This document shows, piece by piece, positions 1-9,374 of a stretch of 64,000 nucleotides of DNA. The notes beneath the pieces are model-generated. The model was given only the letters and a program-made list of their open reading frames with translations, was not told the origin of the DNA and made no database searches. This stretch comes from Candidatus Sungiibacteriota bacterium (GTDB taxonomy: Bacteria > Patescibacteriota > Minisyncoccia > Sungbacterales > JACQCQ01): positions 80,830 to 144,829 of the forward strand of contig JACQCQ010000013.1 of the NCBI GenBank assembly GCA_016201505.1. Reading direction: 5' to 3'. Positions within the stretch are counted from its first letter, which is position 1. The number at the start of each line of letters is the position of its first letter. Both the position numbers and the translations under genes were made by a program.

Positions 1-367
1 TGTTGACGCGGCGCATGATGAGCGGCGTTACGACTTCTTCTTCGCTCTGGCCCAAGGCGTATTCTTTTTCCGTGCGGCTTCTTAATTTAAATAAAATATC
101 AATCGAGTCCCAGCCGCCGGTCGTCTGCCAAATAGATTTAGGATGCAGCAGCGGCATCAAAATCTCTTCTCCGCCGATGGTGTTCATTTCCTGGCGGACA
201 ATCGTCTCAATCTTCCGCAGTACGCGAAGGCCAAGCGGCAAATAGGAATAGACACCAGCCATCAATTTTTCAACATACCCGGCACGCGTAAGCAGCCGGG
301 CATTGATGGCCACTTCATCTTTGGGCGCCTCGCGGGTGGTACGCGCAAACAGTTGAGACAGTCTCAT
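1..367 (-). CDS. proS: Prolyl-tRNA synthetase, N-terminal part (runs off window)
   Basis: Manual translation MRLSQLFARTTREAPKDEVAINARLLTRAGYVEKLMAGVYSYLPLGLRVLRKIETIVRQEM..., typical ProRS N-terminus; absent from the ORF track. Confidence 0.93.
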   Translation of the reverse strand, partial: MRLSQLFARTTREAPKDEVAINARLLTRAGYVEKLMAGVYSYLPLGLRVLRKIETIVRQEMNTIGGEEILMPLLHPKSIWQTTGGWDSIDILFKLRSRTEKEYALGQSEEEVVTPLIMRRVN

Positions 368-513
368 CAAAATCAGTTTAATACGAAAAAGAGAACCCCT
401 CCAGCGTGTATAAAAAACAACGCCCCGATTCGCGCATGCGCGAATCGGGGGCCAAGGGTTAAAGGATCAACGTGATAGAGTGACCCGCGGAGGGTCTGCC
501 TGCCGCAGGCAGG

Positions 514-1152
514 TCAAGCCGCCACAAGGAAAGAGGAATTGCGGGAGAACACCCGGTCGCCCTCATACCACCTGATCGGATCCGCGACAACGCGCGCAAA
601 CAGGTGCCACTCGCAGGCATTCCGGAACACGAACACTGCACGGAGGATGCCTTTGGCATCCTTGACATAGAAGATGTTGGCGCGGCCGTCGGTGAGGAGC
701 GGACCCGGCTCGCCCTGTGACTGATGCGTGATCAGCCAGTTGATCTGGGCGAGGGTCGTCTCCTCGTGCTCCGCACCGAGCTCCTGCCGGATCTCGCGGT
801 CGAGGGCGTTCCTTGTGAGGGACGCGTAGGCGAGAGTCACCTCGGCCTGCGGCTCCTCTTCACCCGCGAGGAACCACTCCCTGAAGTTCCCCCAGAGATG
901 CACTCCGTCATGGACGAGGCACGAAGCGATGAACTTCTCGGGGAGGGCAGGGATGGTGAGGGTGTTGATGGGGGCGAGGAGTTGGGGCTTTGCCGGCTGC
1001 GGCGTCTCGGCCTTCACCCAGCAGGTCTCCTGCCGCAGAAACTTCTTCAGCTCCGCTTCCCATCGTTCGCCATCTGCACCCAAGAGATTCTTCTCCAACT
1101 GATGGCGCAGTCCGAGGTTAGCCCGGAGCGCGCGTCTGAGCATAGGGTTCAT
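514..1152 (-). CDS. Hypothetical protein, probable DGR-type variable (target) protein
   Basis: 212-aa ORF with SD (AAGGAAGGGAG); C-terminus NIFY...AVFVFRNACEWHLFARVVADPIRWYEGDRVFSRNS with NNY codons alternating with fixed residues. Confidence 0.6.
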   Translation of the reverse strand: MNPMLRRALRANLGLRHQLEKNLLGADGERWEAELKKFLRQETCWVKAETPQPAKPQLLAPINTLTIPALPEKFIASCLVHDGVHLWGNFREWFLAGEEEPQAEVTLAYASLTRNALDREIRQELGAEHEETTLAQINWLITHQSQGEPGPLLTDGRANIFYVKDAKGILRAVFVFRNACEWHLFARVVADPIRWYEGDRVFSRNSSFLVAA

Positions 1153-1213
1153 GGTCAGACTCCCTTCCTTTAAGTTTTAGCGCCTCATCTTCGCTGGGCG
1201 CCACTTGAATAGT

Positions 1214-1242
1214 ACTATAATACCTAAAATAAGATGTGTCAA
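1214..1242 (-). promoter_or_regulatory. Sigma70-like promoter for 514..1152
   Basis: TTGACA-17 nt-TATAGT on minus strand. Confidence 0.6.
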
Positions 1243-1380
1243 TAATCGCGTCGCCTGGGGAGACTACTGGTGTGTTATTTCTATCGCTTTATAGAGATTC
1301 TATCTCCAGGCCTTTAAATGGCGAACTAAACCACGAAACAATCGCCCTTCCATTTACTGATACTTACATTACACATTACA

Positions 1381-1420
1381 AACTAGTACATTTTATCCGA
1401 TCGGATAAAATGTACTAGTT
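1381..1420. repeat. Perfect 40-bp palindrome, family P1, overlapping the stop codon of the PaaX-like gene
   Basis: AACTAGTACATTTTATCCGA|TCGGATAAAATGTACTAGTT. Confidence 0.95.
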
Positions 1421-1976
1421 ATCTATGAATACCAAACTTATACAATAAATACTTTTCTGAAGTAACTGAATCAGCCACAATATAATGCACGTATTTTCCG
1501 ATTTGGAAGGATTCTGCAATAAAATCTATCTCATCTTTACATTCATATGGCCAAACCCAAAGACTTTTTTGCAGCTGTACGCAGCCAAGATCAATCAGTT
1601 TATGGCGCAACGCATCCCTGCCTCTTCTCAATTGTTCAGGAATATCAAACGCAATCATCCTCCATTTGCCATCCCACATCGGAAAGGTGGGCAATACGAT
1701 CGATTCAAGGTTGTAAATGAGAGCTTTCCTTTTACCTTCTTCGGTCAGGGTAATCCTTGTTTTTCCGCCGATCTCTTTATATTCAATATATTTCTTGCGT
1801 CGTAAATAGTTAATCGTCCAAATAAATTTTTCTCGTTCCTGCTTTTGTTTTATTTCTTTACGGAGCGCAGAGAGCAATTTGCTTGAAAAATTTTTGTTCC
1901 CCAAAGCAAGATAGAAAGCTCCCGCATTCAATAAAAGTTTTAGGAGCTGGCTCGTATACCCATGGTGATTCCTCAT
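1419..1976 (-). CDS. PaaX-like protein (winged-helix region + Cas2-like domain)
   Basis: Start MRNHHG at 1976; motifs LRRKKYI..ITLTEEGK and WDGKWRMIAFDIPE..RDALRHKL..LG..QLQKSLWVWP. Confidence 0.85.
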   Translation of the reverse strand: MRNHHGYTSQLLKLLLNAGAFYLALGNKNFSSKLLSALRKEIKQKQEREKFIWTINYLRRKKYIEYKEIGGKTRITLTEEGKRKALIYNLESIVLPTFPMWDGKWRMIAFDIPEQLRRGRDALRHKLIDLGCVQLQKSLWVWPYECKDEIDFIAESFQIGKYVHYIVADSVTSEKYLLYKFGIHR

Positions 1977-2016
1977 AACTAGTATTTTATTCCCGATCGG
2001 ATAAAAAATACTAGTT
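1977..2016. repeat. 40-bp palindrome, family P1 (3 mismatches between arms), abutting the PaaX-like ATG
   Basis: AACTAGTATTTTATTCCCGA|TCGGATAAAAAATACTAGTT. Confidence 0.92.
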
Positions 2017-2068
2017 CTGCTTGGATGCTCGTATACTCCGATGCCTATGAGCCGATCATAAGCCTCGA

Positions 2069-3073
2069 CTACATCTTGCCTACCCTCCGCACGTGCTCGA
2101 CGAGGGTCGAGGTGTAACCGTACTCGTTGTCGTACCAGGAAAAAACTTTCACTAGATCGCCGTCGATCACCTGCGTCAGCGTTAGATCCACAATCGCGCC
2201 GTATGGCTCGCCGATGATGTCGGTGGAAACAACTGGATCCTCTGTAACTTTTAAAACTTTTTCCCATCTTGTGTCGCCCGCCGCTTTTTTAAAAATAGAG
2301 TTTACTTCCTCGACAGTGGTAGGTCGTCCAACCAGCGCTGTTATATCCGAGATTGACCCAGAAATAACGGGAACGCGGAAGGCCATGGCGCCGAATTTTC
2401 CGAGAAGGTCGGGGATGGATTGAATCACGGCTTCCGCCGCCCCGGTGGTTGAAGGCACGATGTTCGCCGCCGCGGCCCGACCGCGGCGCATGTCTTTTGT
2501 ATCCGGCCCGTCAACTAATTTCTGGGTTGCCGTATAGCCGTGCACCGTCGACATGCCGGCTTTTTTAATGCCGAGCGTCTCTTTTAGAATTTGCATCACG
2601 GGTGCCGTGGCATTCGTCGTGCAAGAGGCATTCGCCGAAATCTTTTTAATCGATCCAGCAAATAGAGTGTCGTTGACGCCAACCAGTGCCGTCGTGACTT
2701 CACCGGTTGCGGGGGCGGTGATCACCACCCGGCGCGCGCCAGCACTCAAATGCGCCTCGGCTTTAGCCGAGTCCGTATAGAATCCGGTGGACTCAAGCAC
2801 GACATCAATGCCGTATGACTTCCAGGGCAGTTTTAGCGCCTCTTTTTCGGCCAGAACCTTAACCTCCCTCCCATCAACTACCAGAAATCCTTCTTTTGCT
2901 TTTACTACTTTATCGTAACGGCCGTAGACGCTGTCGTATTTCAATAGATAGGCCAGCGTCTTGGTGTCGGTCAAATCATTAATCGCCACCATATCGAACT
3001 CCGGATCGCCAAAGGTGCGCCTGAAAAAATTACGCCCGATTCTTCCGAAACCATTGATGGCAATTTTTATCAT
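2069..3073 (-). CDS. gap: Glyceraldehyde-3-phosphate dehydrogenase, type I
   Basis: IAINGFGRIGR, ASCTTN, SWYDNE motifs. Confidence 0.97.
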   Translation of the reverse strand: MIKIAINGFGRIGRNFFRRTFGDPEFDMVAINDLTDTKTLAYLLKYDSVYGRYDKVVKAKEGFLVVDGREVKVLAEKEALKLPWKSYGIDVVLESTGFYTDSAKAEAHLSAGARRVVITAPATGEVTTALVGVNDTLFAGSIKKISANASCTTNATAPVMQILKETLGIKKAGMSTVHGYTATQKLVDGPDTKDMRRGRAAAANIVPSTTGAAEAVIQSIPDLLGKFGAMAFRVPVISGSISDITALVGRPTTVEEVNSIFKKAAGDTRWEKVLKVTEDPVVSTDIIGEPYGAIVDLTLTQVIDGDLVKVFSWYDNEYGYTSTLVEHVRRVGKM

Positions 3074-3126
3074 AGCCCAACTTTTAACGCTCACGTCTCT
3101 ATACTAAAGAATTTTCTGAAACAGAG

Positions 3127-3333
3127 TTATGAGGCTTTAAACCCCAAGGTGCCGATCTCCTCGATAATTTTTTCTTTGGTAATTTTAGCGGGATCAAATT
3201 CAAACGTCCCCTGCTTTTTGTCGTAATCAACAAATGCCGACCCGACTCCATCGAGCTGGGAGGTCAGCATCTGGATACCCGTGGCACAGGCCCCGCAGTG
3301 CATGCCTTCAATGTTCATATCGATTTTTTCCAT
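3127..3333 (-). CDS. copZ: Copper chaperone (HMA domain)
   Basis: GMHCGAC motif, 68 aa, next to CopA. Confidence 0.85.
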   Translation of the reverse strand: MEKIDMNIEGMHCGACATGIQMLTSQLDGVGSAFVDYDKKQGTFEFDPAKITKEKIIEEIGTLGFKAS

Positions 3334-3387
3334 AATTTTTTAGCCAGTTTTAATTTTTGATTCTTGGCCGCCTTTGGGCGAGCCTCG

Positions 3388-5925
3388 TTATTTGAGCGGG
3401 CCGCCTTTGGACTTTAGCTCGGCTGCTTCTTTTAACTTCTCGCGCTCCATCGGCGGAAGGTAGCGGCGCAGAAACAGTGAATTCGTCACCACCGAGACCG
3501 AGGAGAATGCCATGGCAAACCCGGCAATCTCGGGGCGAAGCGAAGACTGCGAGAGATTCAGAAACGCCGACCCGGCCTTGCCCATCTTTGAGGCGAGGCG
3601 AACCACCCAGGGCGCGGCAGCGCCTCCGATGCGCGTCTGGGTGACAAACAGATGCAGGCCCCCAGCCACCGGAATGGCCACCACATTATATATGAACGCC
3701 CAGAAGAGATTCTGCCAGACCTTGTGGATGGTTTTACCCGAGAGCTGAATGGAAGTGACGACGTCGCGCAGATCATCTTTTACCAGCACCACCTGCCCGG
3801 TCTGCACCGCCACATCCGTGCCCGATCCGACGGCAATGCCGATATCGGCCTGCGCCAGTGCCGGCGAGTCGTTGATCCCGTCACCCACCATGGCGACCGT
3901 CTTGCCCTCGGCCTGCAATTTTTTGATGACCGCGGCTTTGTCTTGCGGCAGAACCTGGGCCATCGCGCGATCAATGCCAATCTCTTTGGCAATGGCCTCG
4001 GCCGTTCGCGGATTGTCGCCCGTAATCATTACAATTTCTTTGCCCATTTTTTTTAGGGCGAGAATCGCCTCTTTGGCGTGAGGCTTTAGGGTATCGGCCA
4101 TGGCAATAATCGCCTGAGCCTTCCCATCAACCGCCAGAAAGACGACGGTCTTGGCTTCGTTTTCGAGTTTTTCGGCCTCGGCGCGATGGGCTTCAATCGC
4201 CACATTCAACTGCTGCATATACGCCGAGTTGCCCAGCCTGACCTTCTTGCCCAAGACCGTGCCTTCAACGCCGAAGCCCGAAAGGGCTTTAAAATCTTTG
4301 ACCTCGGGCACCGCGCCTTTTTCTTTTTGCTTTTCAATGACCGCGCGCGACAAAGGATGCTCGGAGCCGGTTTCAACTCCGGCGGCCAGCGCCAAGGCCG
4401 CTTCGGCATCAGCACCGTTTATGGCCAGGAAGTTTGTGACGACGGGTTTTCCAATCGTCAGCGTTCCAGTTTTATCAAAGGCAATCAAGCTAATTTTATA
4501 AGCTTTTTCAAGCGCCTCGCCGCCCTTTAAGATAATGCCAAAGCGCGCCGCGCGGCCGATGCCGACAATGAGAGCCGTCGGCGTGGCGAGGCCCATGGCG
4601 CAGGGACAGGAGATGACCAGGACCGCAATGGCTTTAATCAGGGCCGCGCGAAACTGGCCGGGCACGAGAATAAAATACCAGGCAGAAAAGGTGACGACGG
4701 CAAGGACCACGACGGCCGGCACAAAATATTCTGAAATTTTATCGACTAAATCCTGAATCGGGGCGCGCGTGGCCTGGGCTTCTTCCACCATCTGAATAAT
4801 TTGGTAGAGCAGTGTTTCTTTGCCCACTTTGGTGGCTTTAAACTTAAAGAGGCCCTCCTGATTGATGGTGGCTCCGATCACCTCATCACCCGCGCCCTTG
4901 CCCACCGGAAATGATTCGCCGGTCACGACCTTCTCATCGATGTGGGTTTTCCCCTCGACGATGACGCCGTCAACCGGAATCTTCTCGCCGGGGCGCACCA
5001 CCACAACCTCGCCTTTTTGAATTTGATCGATCGGCACGGTTACTTCTTGGCCCGCGCGTATCACATGCGCTTCTTTGGCCTCCAATTTCAAAAGCTCCTT
5101 GATCGCGGCCGAGGCCCGGCCTCGGGCGACCGCTTCAAAGTGCCTGCCTAAGATGATAAAGAAGAGTAAGGCGGCGGATGATTCCCAGAAAGGATGGTCA
5201 ATGCCAAAAAACAGAAACCCGAACATCGAATAAAAATAAGCCGCCGAAGTGCCCAGCACGACCAGAACATCCATATTAGCCGAGCCGACGCGCACTGCCG
5301 TGATGGCATTTCTGTAGAATGGCCAGGCGATGACAAATTGGATGGGTGTTGCCAAGATCCAATAAATATAATTTAAATCAATGCGGAACGGCGGATGAGC
5401 GACATCCATAAAAATCGAGGCGATCAACTTCAGGGGTTGGGCTACAAACCAGAGCAAAAATTCAGCACTGTAGGCGCCGAAGCTCAAAACTTGCGAAATC
5501 ATCGAGGCGGCAGCCCCGGGTGATGCGTAGAGAGGCTGGGCCTGATTCAAAAAGTCGAACAGCTCATGCACATGCGGCAGATTAAACATGTGAATCAGCA
5601 TGTAGTAGACGATAATCGGGCCGGCCAAGAGAGCCGTGGCTTTGACGCGTCTCCTCGACTCCTCGATCTTGCGCGCTTCTACGGCCTCTTCTTCTTCAAC
5701 CGAGGCGCTCACTTCGTCGGGGCGTATGATGTCGTAGCCCAATTTGTGGACCAGCTCGTCGAGCCGCTCTAATTTGACTTTTGATTCATCGTATTCGATG
5801 GCTGTTTTTTCAGCGCCGTAGTTAGTTTTGACCGAAACCACGCCCAGCTCTTTTGCAACCAGCTTGTCAATTAAAATCGCGCATGAGGCGCAGTGCATTC
5901 CTTTGACTTTCAAAACTGTTTTCAT
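3388..5925 (-). CDS. copA: Copper-translocating P1B-type ATPase
   Basis: GMHCASC, TGES, CPC, DKTGT, HP, GDGIND, YN, MAFSS motifs. Confidence 0.95.
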   Translation of the reverse strand: MKTVLKVKGMHCASCAILIDKLVAKELGVVSVKTNYGAEKTAIEYDESKVKLERLDELVHKLGYDIIRPDEVSASVEEEEAVEARKIEESRRRVKATALLAGPIIVYYMLIHMFNLPHVHELFDFLNQAQPLYASPGAAASMISQVLSFGAYSAEFLLWFVAQPLKLIASIFMDVAHPPFRIDLNYIYWILATPIQFVIAWPFYRNAITAVRVGSANMDVLVVLGTSAAYFYSMFGFLFFGIDHPFWESSAALLFFIILGRHFEAVARGRASAAIKELLKLEAKEAHVIRAGQEVTVPIDQIQKGEVVVVRPGEKIPVDGVIVEGKTHIDEKVVTGESFPVGKGAGDEVIGATINQEGLFKFKATKVGKETLLYQIIQMVEEAQATRAPIQDLVDKISEYFVPAVVVLAVVTFSAWYFILVPGQFRAALIKAIAVLVISCPCAMGLATPTALIVGIGRAARFGIILKGGEALEKAYKISLIAFDKTGTLTIGKPVVTNFLAINGADAEAALALAAGVETGSEHPLSRAVIEKQKEKGAVPEVKDFKALSGFGVEGTVLGKKVRLGNSAYMQQLNVAIEAHRAEAEKLENEAKTVVFLAVDGKAQAIIAMADTLKPHAKEAILALKKMGKEIVMITGDNPRTAEAIAKEIGIDRAMAQVLPQDKAAVIKKLQAEGKTVAMVGDGINDSPALAQADIGIAVGSGTDVAVQTGQVVLVKDDLRDVVTSIQLSGKTIHKVWQNLFWAFIYNVVAIPVAGGLHLFVTQTRIGGAAAPWVVRLASKMGKAGSAFLNLSQSSLRPEIAGFAMAFSSVSVVTNSLFLRRYLPPMEREKLKEAAELKSKGGPLK

Positions 5926-5934
5926 ATGAGTGCG

Positions 5935-6363
5935 TTAACTTGAAGCTGGGACCACGTGTATGACCCCGACCATGTCAAAATGCGTCCGTTTTTTACCGTC
6001 GACAACTCCTTCGCCGCAGGGTACGGAGCAGTAAAAAGAAAAGTCGCCTTCTTGGGTCACCGTAAATTCAATCGTGATGGTTGAATTGGCCGGCATTCTT
6101 TGAGAGACGCCGTAGGCGTCAATCGCCAGGCCGTGATCATAATCGTCTTCGTTTACGACTGTGGCCACGATTTTGTCGCCGCGAATAACCGTGATTTGGT
6201 CGGGGAGAAAGCGCCACTGATTCTTTTTGGCGACAATCGTGACGGCTTTTACATTTCCGGTAATGACCGGGGCTTGACCTCTGGGCAAGATGAAATACCG
6301 ATAACCCATGCCGGCGACAAGTATCACGAGGCCGACAATGATTAAAATGAGATATTTATTCAT
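5935..6363 (-). CDS. Cupredoxin-domain membrane-anchored protein
   Basis: N-terminal TM, DHG and FYCSVPCG...H..M ligands; start MNKYL chosen. Confidence 0.8.
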   Translation of the reverse strand: MNKYLILIIVGLVILVAGMGYRYFILPRGQAPVITGNVKAVTIVAKKNQWRFLPDQITVIRGDKIVATVVNEDDYDHGLAIDAYGVSQRMPANSTITIEFTVTQEGDFSFYCSVPCGEGVVDGKKRTHFDMVGVIHVVPASS

Positions 6364-8509
6364 GAACTTTATCGGGTTTAATGCGCTTCGGCTCAAGATA
6401 GCGCTTGACCGCCCGCGCGAGCGCCACGATTAAGATAAGCGAGCCAATTAAATTCAGCCACCAGGGCGAAATCGGCAGTGTCGGCTTGTCGACCACCCTG
6501 ACCCAAAAGACAGCGGCGAGGGCCTCATCGGGCGGCAAATGAATGCCGGTCGGCCTAAACTGGGCAAAGACGCGATAAAGGCCCGACTCGGGAAAGGTTG
6601 CGGTAAAGTTGACGGTGTGGCCATAGCTGTCGGGGTGGGTGTGCACAAACTGCGACCAGTCATCTTTGATCATGGTCAAATGCATGGGGACTGTGAGGTA
6701 GTTTTCCAGCTCGACATCGGCCCCGGCAACCGTATGGACCTCGATTTGGAGGGTCGTGCTAATATTTTTGACGAAGGGATCAATACCGAGCATACCAACC
6801 TGATAGGTGCGACCGTCGGAATCGGCAACGAGAACCGTGCGCGAAAGATTTACATTTTTTTCATCAGTTGGTCCCGCCCCCCTGACCTCGATGACCGGCT
6901 CGCCAAAGACATGATCCACGCCGTCCTGTTGAATTTCAGACCAGATTTTATAGCGCCCGGGTTTTAGGAATGTATGTGTGATGGTCATGAGGCCGGTCGT
7001 GGTAGCCGCAGCAGCGGGGTGAATATGAAAGAATTCCGCCATGTCGGAACGCACGCCAATGACATGCATCAGCTTGCCATGGTTGTATTCCAGCTGCGAA
7101 ATAGGGATCGGCGAATTGGCCGGCTTTTGCGAGACGAAGAAACCAAGTTCTGCAGGTTCCCCGACACGTAGAGACGATGTGGCCTCGCAGGCGGCGCAGC
7201 CCGTACCTGCCAGTACTTTCATAATCGAGACCGGGCCGTCGGTTGTGGCCAAGGCATCGTGATAGGCTGTCGGGTTATGCGTGTGGCCGCTTCCGTTTGA
7301 GGTCATGGCGCCTGTATGCGTATCGGTCATCGATTCTTCATGCGTATGCGTCATGGCCTGATTTAAAAAGCGCTGCGGCAGGACGTTGATAAAAAGAACG
7401 GCGAGAAGCAGAGACAGAGTGATGAGAAACCAAAGCCGCAACGGCCGAACCCGGGTCTCAATTTTTTGTTCCTCGGGAGGAAGTTTCTCGGCCTGGGCTT
7501 TTTTCTTTTGGTAGTACCAAAAAAATGGCCAGACCCAAAGGAGTACCAAAGCCCAGTTTCCCAGCCAGAGCGGCTGGCCGAAAAGACCCGTTCCTGTCGG
7601 TATGCCGTGCGTGTGCGGGATGCCGCCTAAGTTGAATTGTTTGATCAAAAAGCCGAGAAAGCCCTCCTCCTGCGTAATACTCTCCAGGAGTGTGTGCTGG
7701 CCGGAGAAGACCCACCAGTCATGTGTAAACAAGCCGAGTATTAAAATAAAAGCGGCCACAAGGACCATCATCCAGCCGGTGGCTTTTTCGATTTTCTCTT
7801 TCCGCGAAACGAGCCAGGAGAGAGCGTTTGTGCCTAAGATGGCCAGCACCGCGAGAATTAAAAGCGGAATGACGCGGCCGATGGCATGGGTCAAAAATAA
7901 GGTCCAGCCGTAAAAGACATTGCCCGAAACCGCAATGCGGCCCAAGATCAGCGGGGTAGCCGGATGCGGGCAACCGACGCCGACGTTCCCCAAAAACAGT
8001 CCGAGAAGAAAGGCTTTGATGAAATCCTGCTGTTTTTGGATAAAGGCCGGCGCCGCACCACGGTAGGTTGGCATGTGAAAGTTAATCAGTCCAATCTCGC
8101 CCAGGGCAAAAAGATAGGCGAAGATGCCGGCGCCAAAGTACAGCCAATTTTTTACCAACTCAAGCGGAGCGCCCAAAGAGCCGATGGCCACCTTGCCGAG
8201 AAAGGCCGCGGCGATGCCGTACACCGAGAGCATCAAGGAAACTCCGAGACCAAAGGCGAGCGCAACCCCCAAACCTTTGAGCGGTCCCTTGCCCATGGAT
8301 AGCGGGACAATCACGAAGGCGAGCGGCAGGGTGCAGGGGAGCACAATCATGGTGAGCCCCATCACAAAACTGAAAATATACCAGCCGAGCCCGACGGAGT
8401 TTTGTCCCGCGCCGGCTACAATCACATACCCAACGCCAAAGAGGGCGAGAGCAATGAGACCAACCAGTACAGCGACGAGAATGAATTTAGCGCTCTCTCT
8501 GATGGCCAT
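6356..8509 (-). CDS. CcdA/DsbD-like membrane domain fused to His-rich putative metal-binding domains
   Basis: LPCTLP and GCPHP in TM segments; His-rich linker; FFHIHP and FVHTHP repeats. Confidence 0.7.
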   Translation of the reverse strand: MAIRESAKFILVAVLVGLIALALFGVGYVIVAGAGQNSVGLGWYIFSFVMGLTMIVLPCTLPLAFVIVPLSMGKGPLKGLGVALAFGLGVSLMLSVYGIAAAFLGKVAIGSLGAPLELVKNWLYFGAGIFAYLFALGEIGLINFHMPTYRGAAPAFIQKQQDFIKAFLLGLFLGNVGVGCPHPATPLILGRIAVSGNVFYGWTLFLTHAIGRVIPLLILAVLAILGTNALSWLVSRKEKIEKATGWMMVLVAAFILILGLFTHDWWVFSGQHTLLESITQEEGFLGFLIKQFNLGGIPHTHGIPTGTGLFGQPLWLGNWALVLLWVWPFFWYYQKKKAQAEKLPPEEQKIETRVRPLRLWFLITLSLLLAVLFINVLPQRFLNQAMTHTHEESMTDTHTGAMTSNGSGHTHNPTAYHDALATTDGPVSIMKVLAGTGCAACEATSSLRVGEPAELGFFVSQKPANSPIPISQLEYNHGKLMHVIGVRSDMAEFFHIHPAAAATTTGLMTITHTFLKPGRYKIWSEIQQDGVDHVFGEPVIEVRGAGPTDEKNVNLSRTVLVADSDGRTYQVGMLGIDPFVKNISTTLQIEVHTVAGADVELENYLTVPMHLTMIKDDWSQFVHTHPDSYGHTVNFTATFPESGLYRVFAQFRPTGIHLPPDEALAAVFWVRVVDKPTLPISPWWLNLIGSLILIVALARAVKRYLEPKRIKPDKVHE

Positions 8510-8510
8510 A

Positions 8511-8888
8511 TTATTGTCGTGACGATAACACAACTAAACTCACTGCAGCGCCCAAAAGGCCGATGTCGCGAAAGGTGATAAGATCAACACCGAAGAGCAG
8601 CAAAATCCCCGCCATCTCAAGCGCTGACAAGGTCGCCACCATCGTGACCCAGCGCCGCGGCAGAAAAGGAATAATTAAGACGAGAGCAAAGAGTAACTCC
8701 CCGACTCCCTGAATTTTAACAAATGACGCTGTAGTCAGTAGCGGGGCGACGGCCGACTTCAGCCAAAAGGGAATAAAGTTCGTCCAGCTTTTGGGATGTA
8801 CGAAAAGATCGAATCCGGAATAGACATACATCGCACCGAGACTCAAGCGCAGAACCCATTCCGGATTTATTTTTTTTAAAAGTGCCAT
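8511..8888 (-). CDS. DoxX-family membrane protein
   Basis: LRLSLG..Y..SG, GVGEL, RDIGLLG motifs. Confidence 0.7.
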   Translation of the reverse strand: MALLKKINPEWVLRLSLGAMYVYSGFDLFVHPKSWTNFIPFWLKSAVAPLLTTASFVKIQGVGELLFALVLIIPFLPRRWVTMVATLSALEMAGILLLFGVDLITFRDIGLLGAAVSLVVLSSRQ

Positions 8889-8901
8889 TGGGTTACAAAA
8901 A

Positions 8902-9168
8902 TTATTCGCCCGAGAGTTCTTTAAGTCTTGCGAGAAACTTCGTCTTATCAAATCCGCCTGTCGCCCAGAGCTCGCCGTTCAACAAAATGCCGGGCGAAGC
9001 AAAAATCATGTGTTTTTGGGCGAGCGCCTGCCCTTCGGGTGTGATCACCGACGTGTTTTTGTAGGTCACAGCCGGCCAGTCCTTTTCAATGGAATGCCAA
9101 AACGCCTCAAAGGCCTGGCAATGTGAACAACCGGGCGAAGAAAGCTCTTCTAGAGCAATGTGCTGCAT
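8902..9168 (-). CDS. Thioredoxin-fold protein
   Basis: SPGCSHC motif, ~88 aa. Confidence 0.75.
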   Translation of the reverse strand: MQHIALEELSSPGCSHCQAFEAFWHSIEKDWPAVTYKNTSVITPEGQALAQKHMIFASPGILLNGELWATGGFDKTKFLARLKELSGE

Positions 9169-9374
9169 GCGATAGACTTCACTACTCACAAGTATACCAC
9201 CCAAAATTGACCCAAAAGCTCGGTCTGTGGACTAACTTTTGGGCTAACGTCAAAATCGGCCCTTATGGGCTCGCCGGCAGAACTTATTTTTGCCGTCATG
9301 ACTGGGCTGAAACGGCAAACTTCGCAGATAAAAGAAAAACGTCCGCCTAGGAACGTTCTTTCTGCATCAACGCA

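Noticed and set aside
496-513. CCTGCCGGCAGGCAGG and CCGAAGCT..GCG REP-like hairpins (also 11810, 24864-25025, 29656, 32403)
   Set aside because: Real short repeats, but no further structure to support a separate finding
1419-2267. 282-aa version of the PaaX-like ORF; CRISPR-Cas interpretation
   Set aside because: Extension overlaps gap and reads through the palindrome; no repeat-spacer array or other cas genes seen
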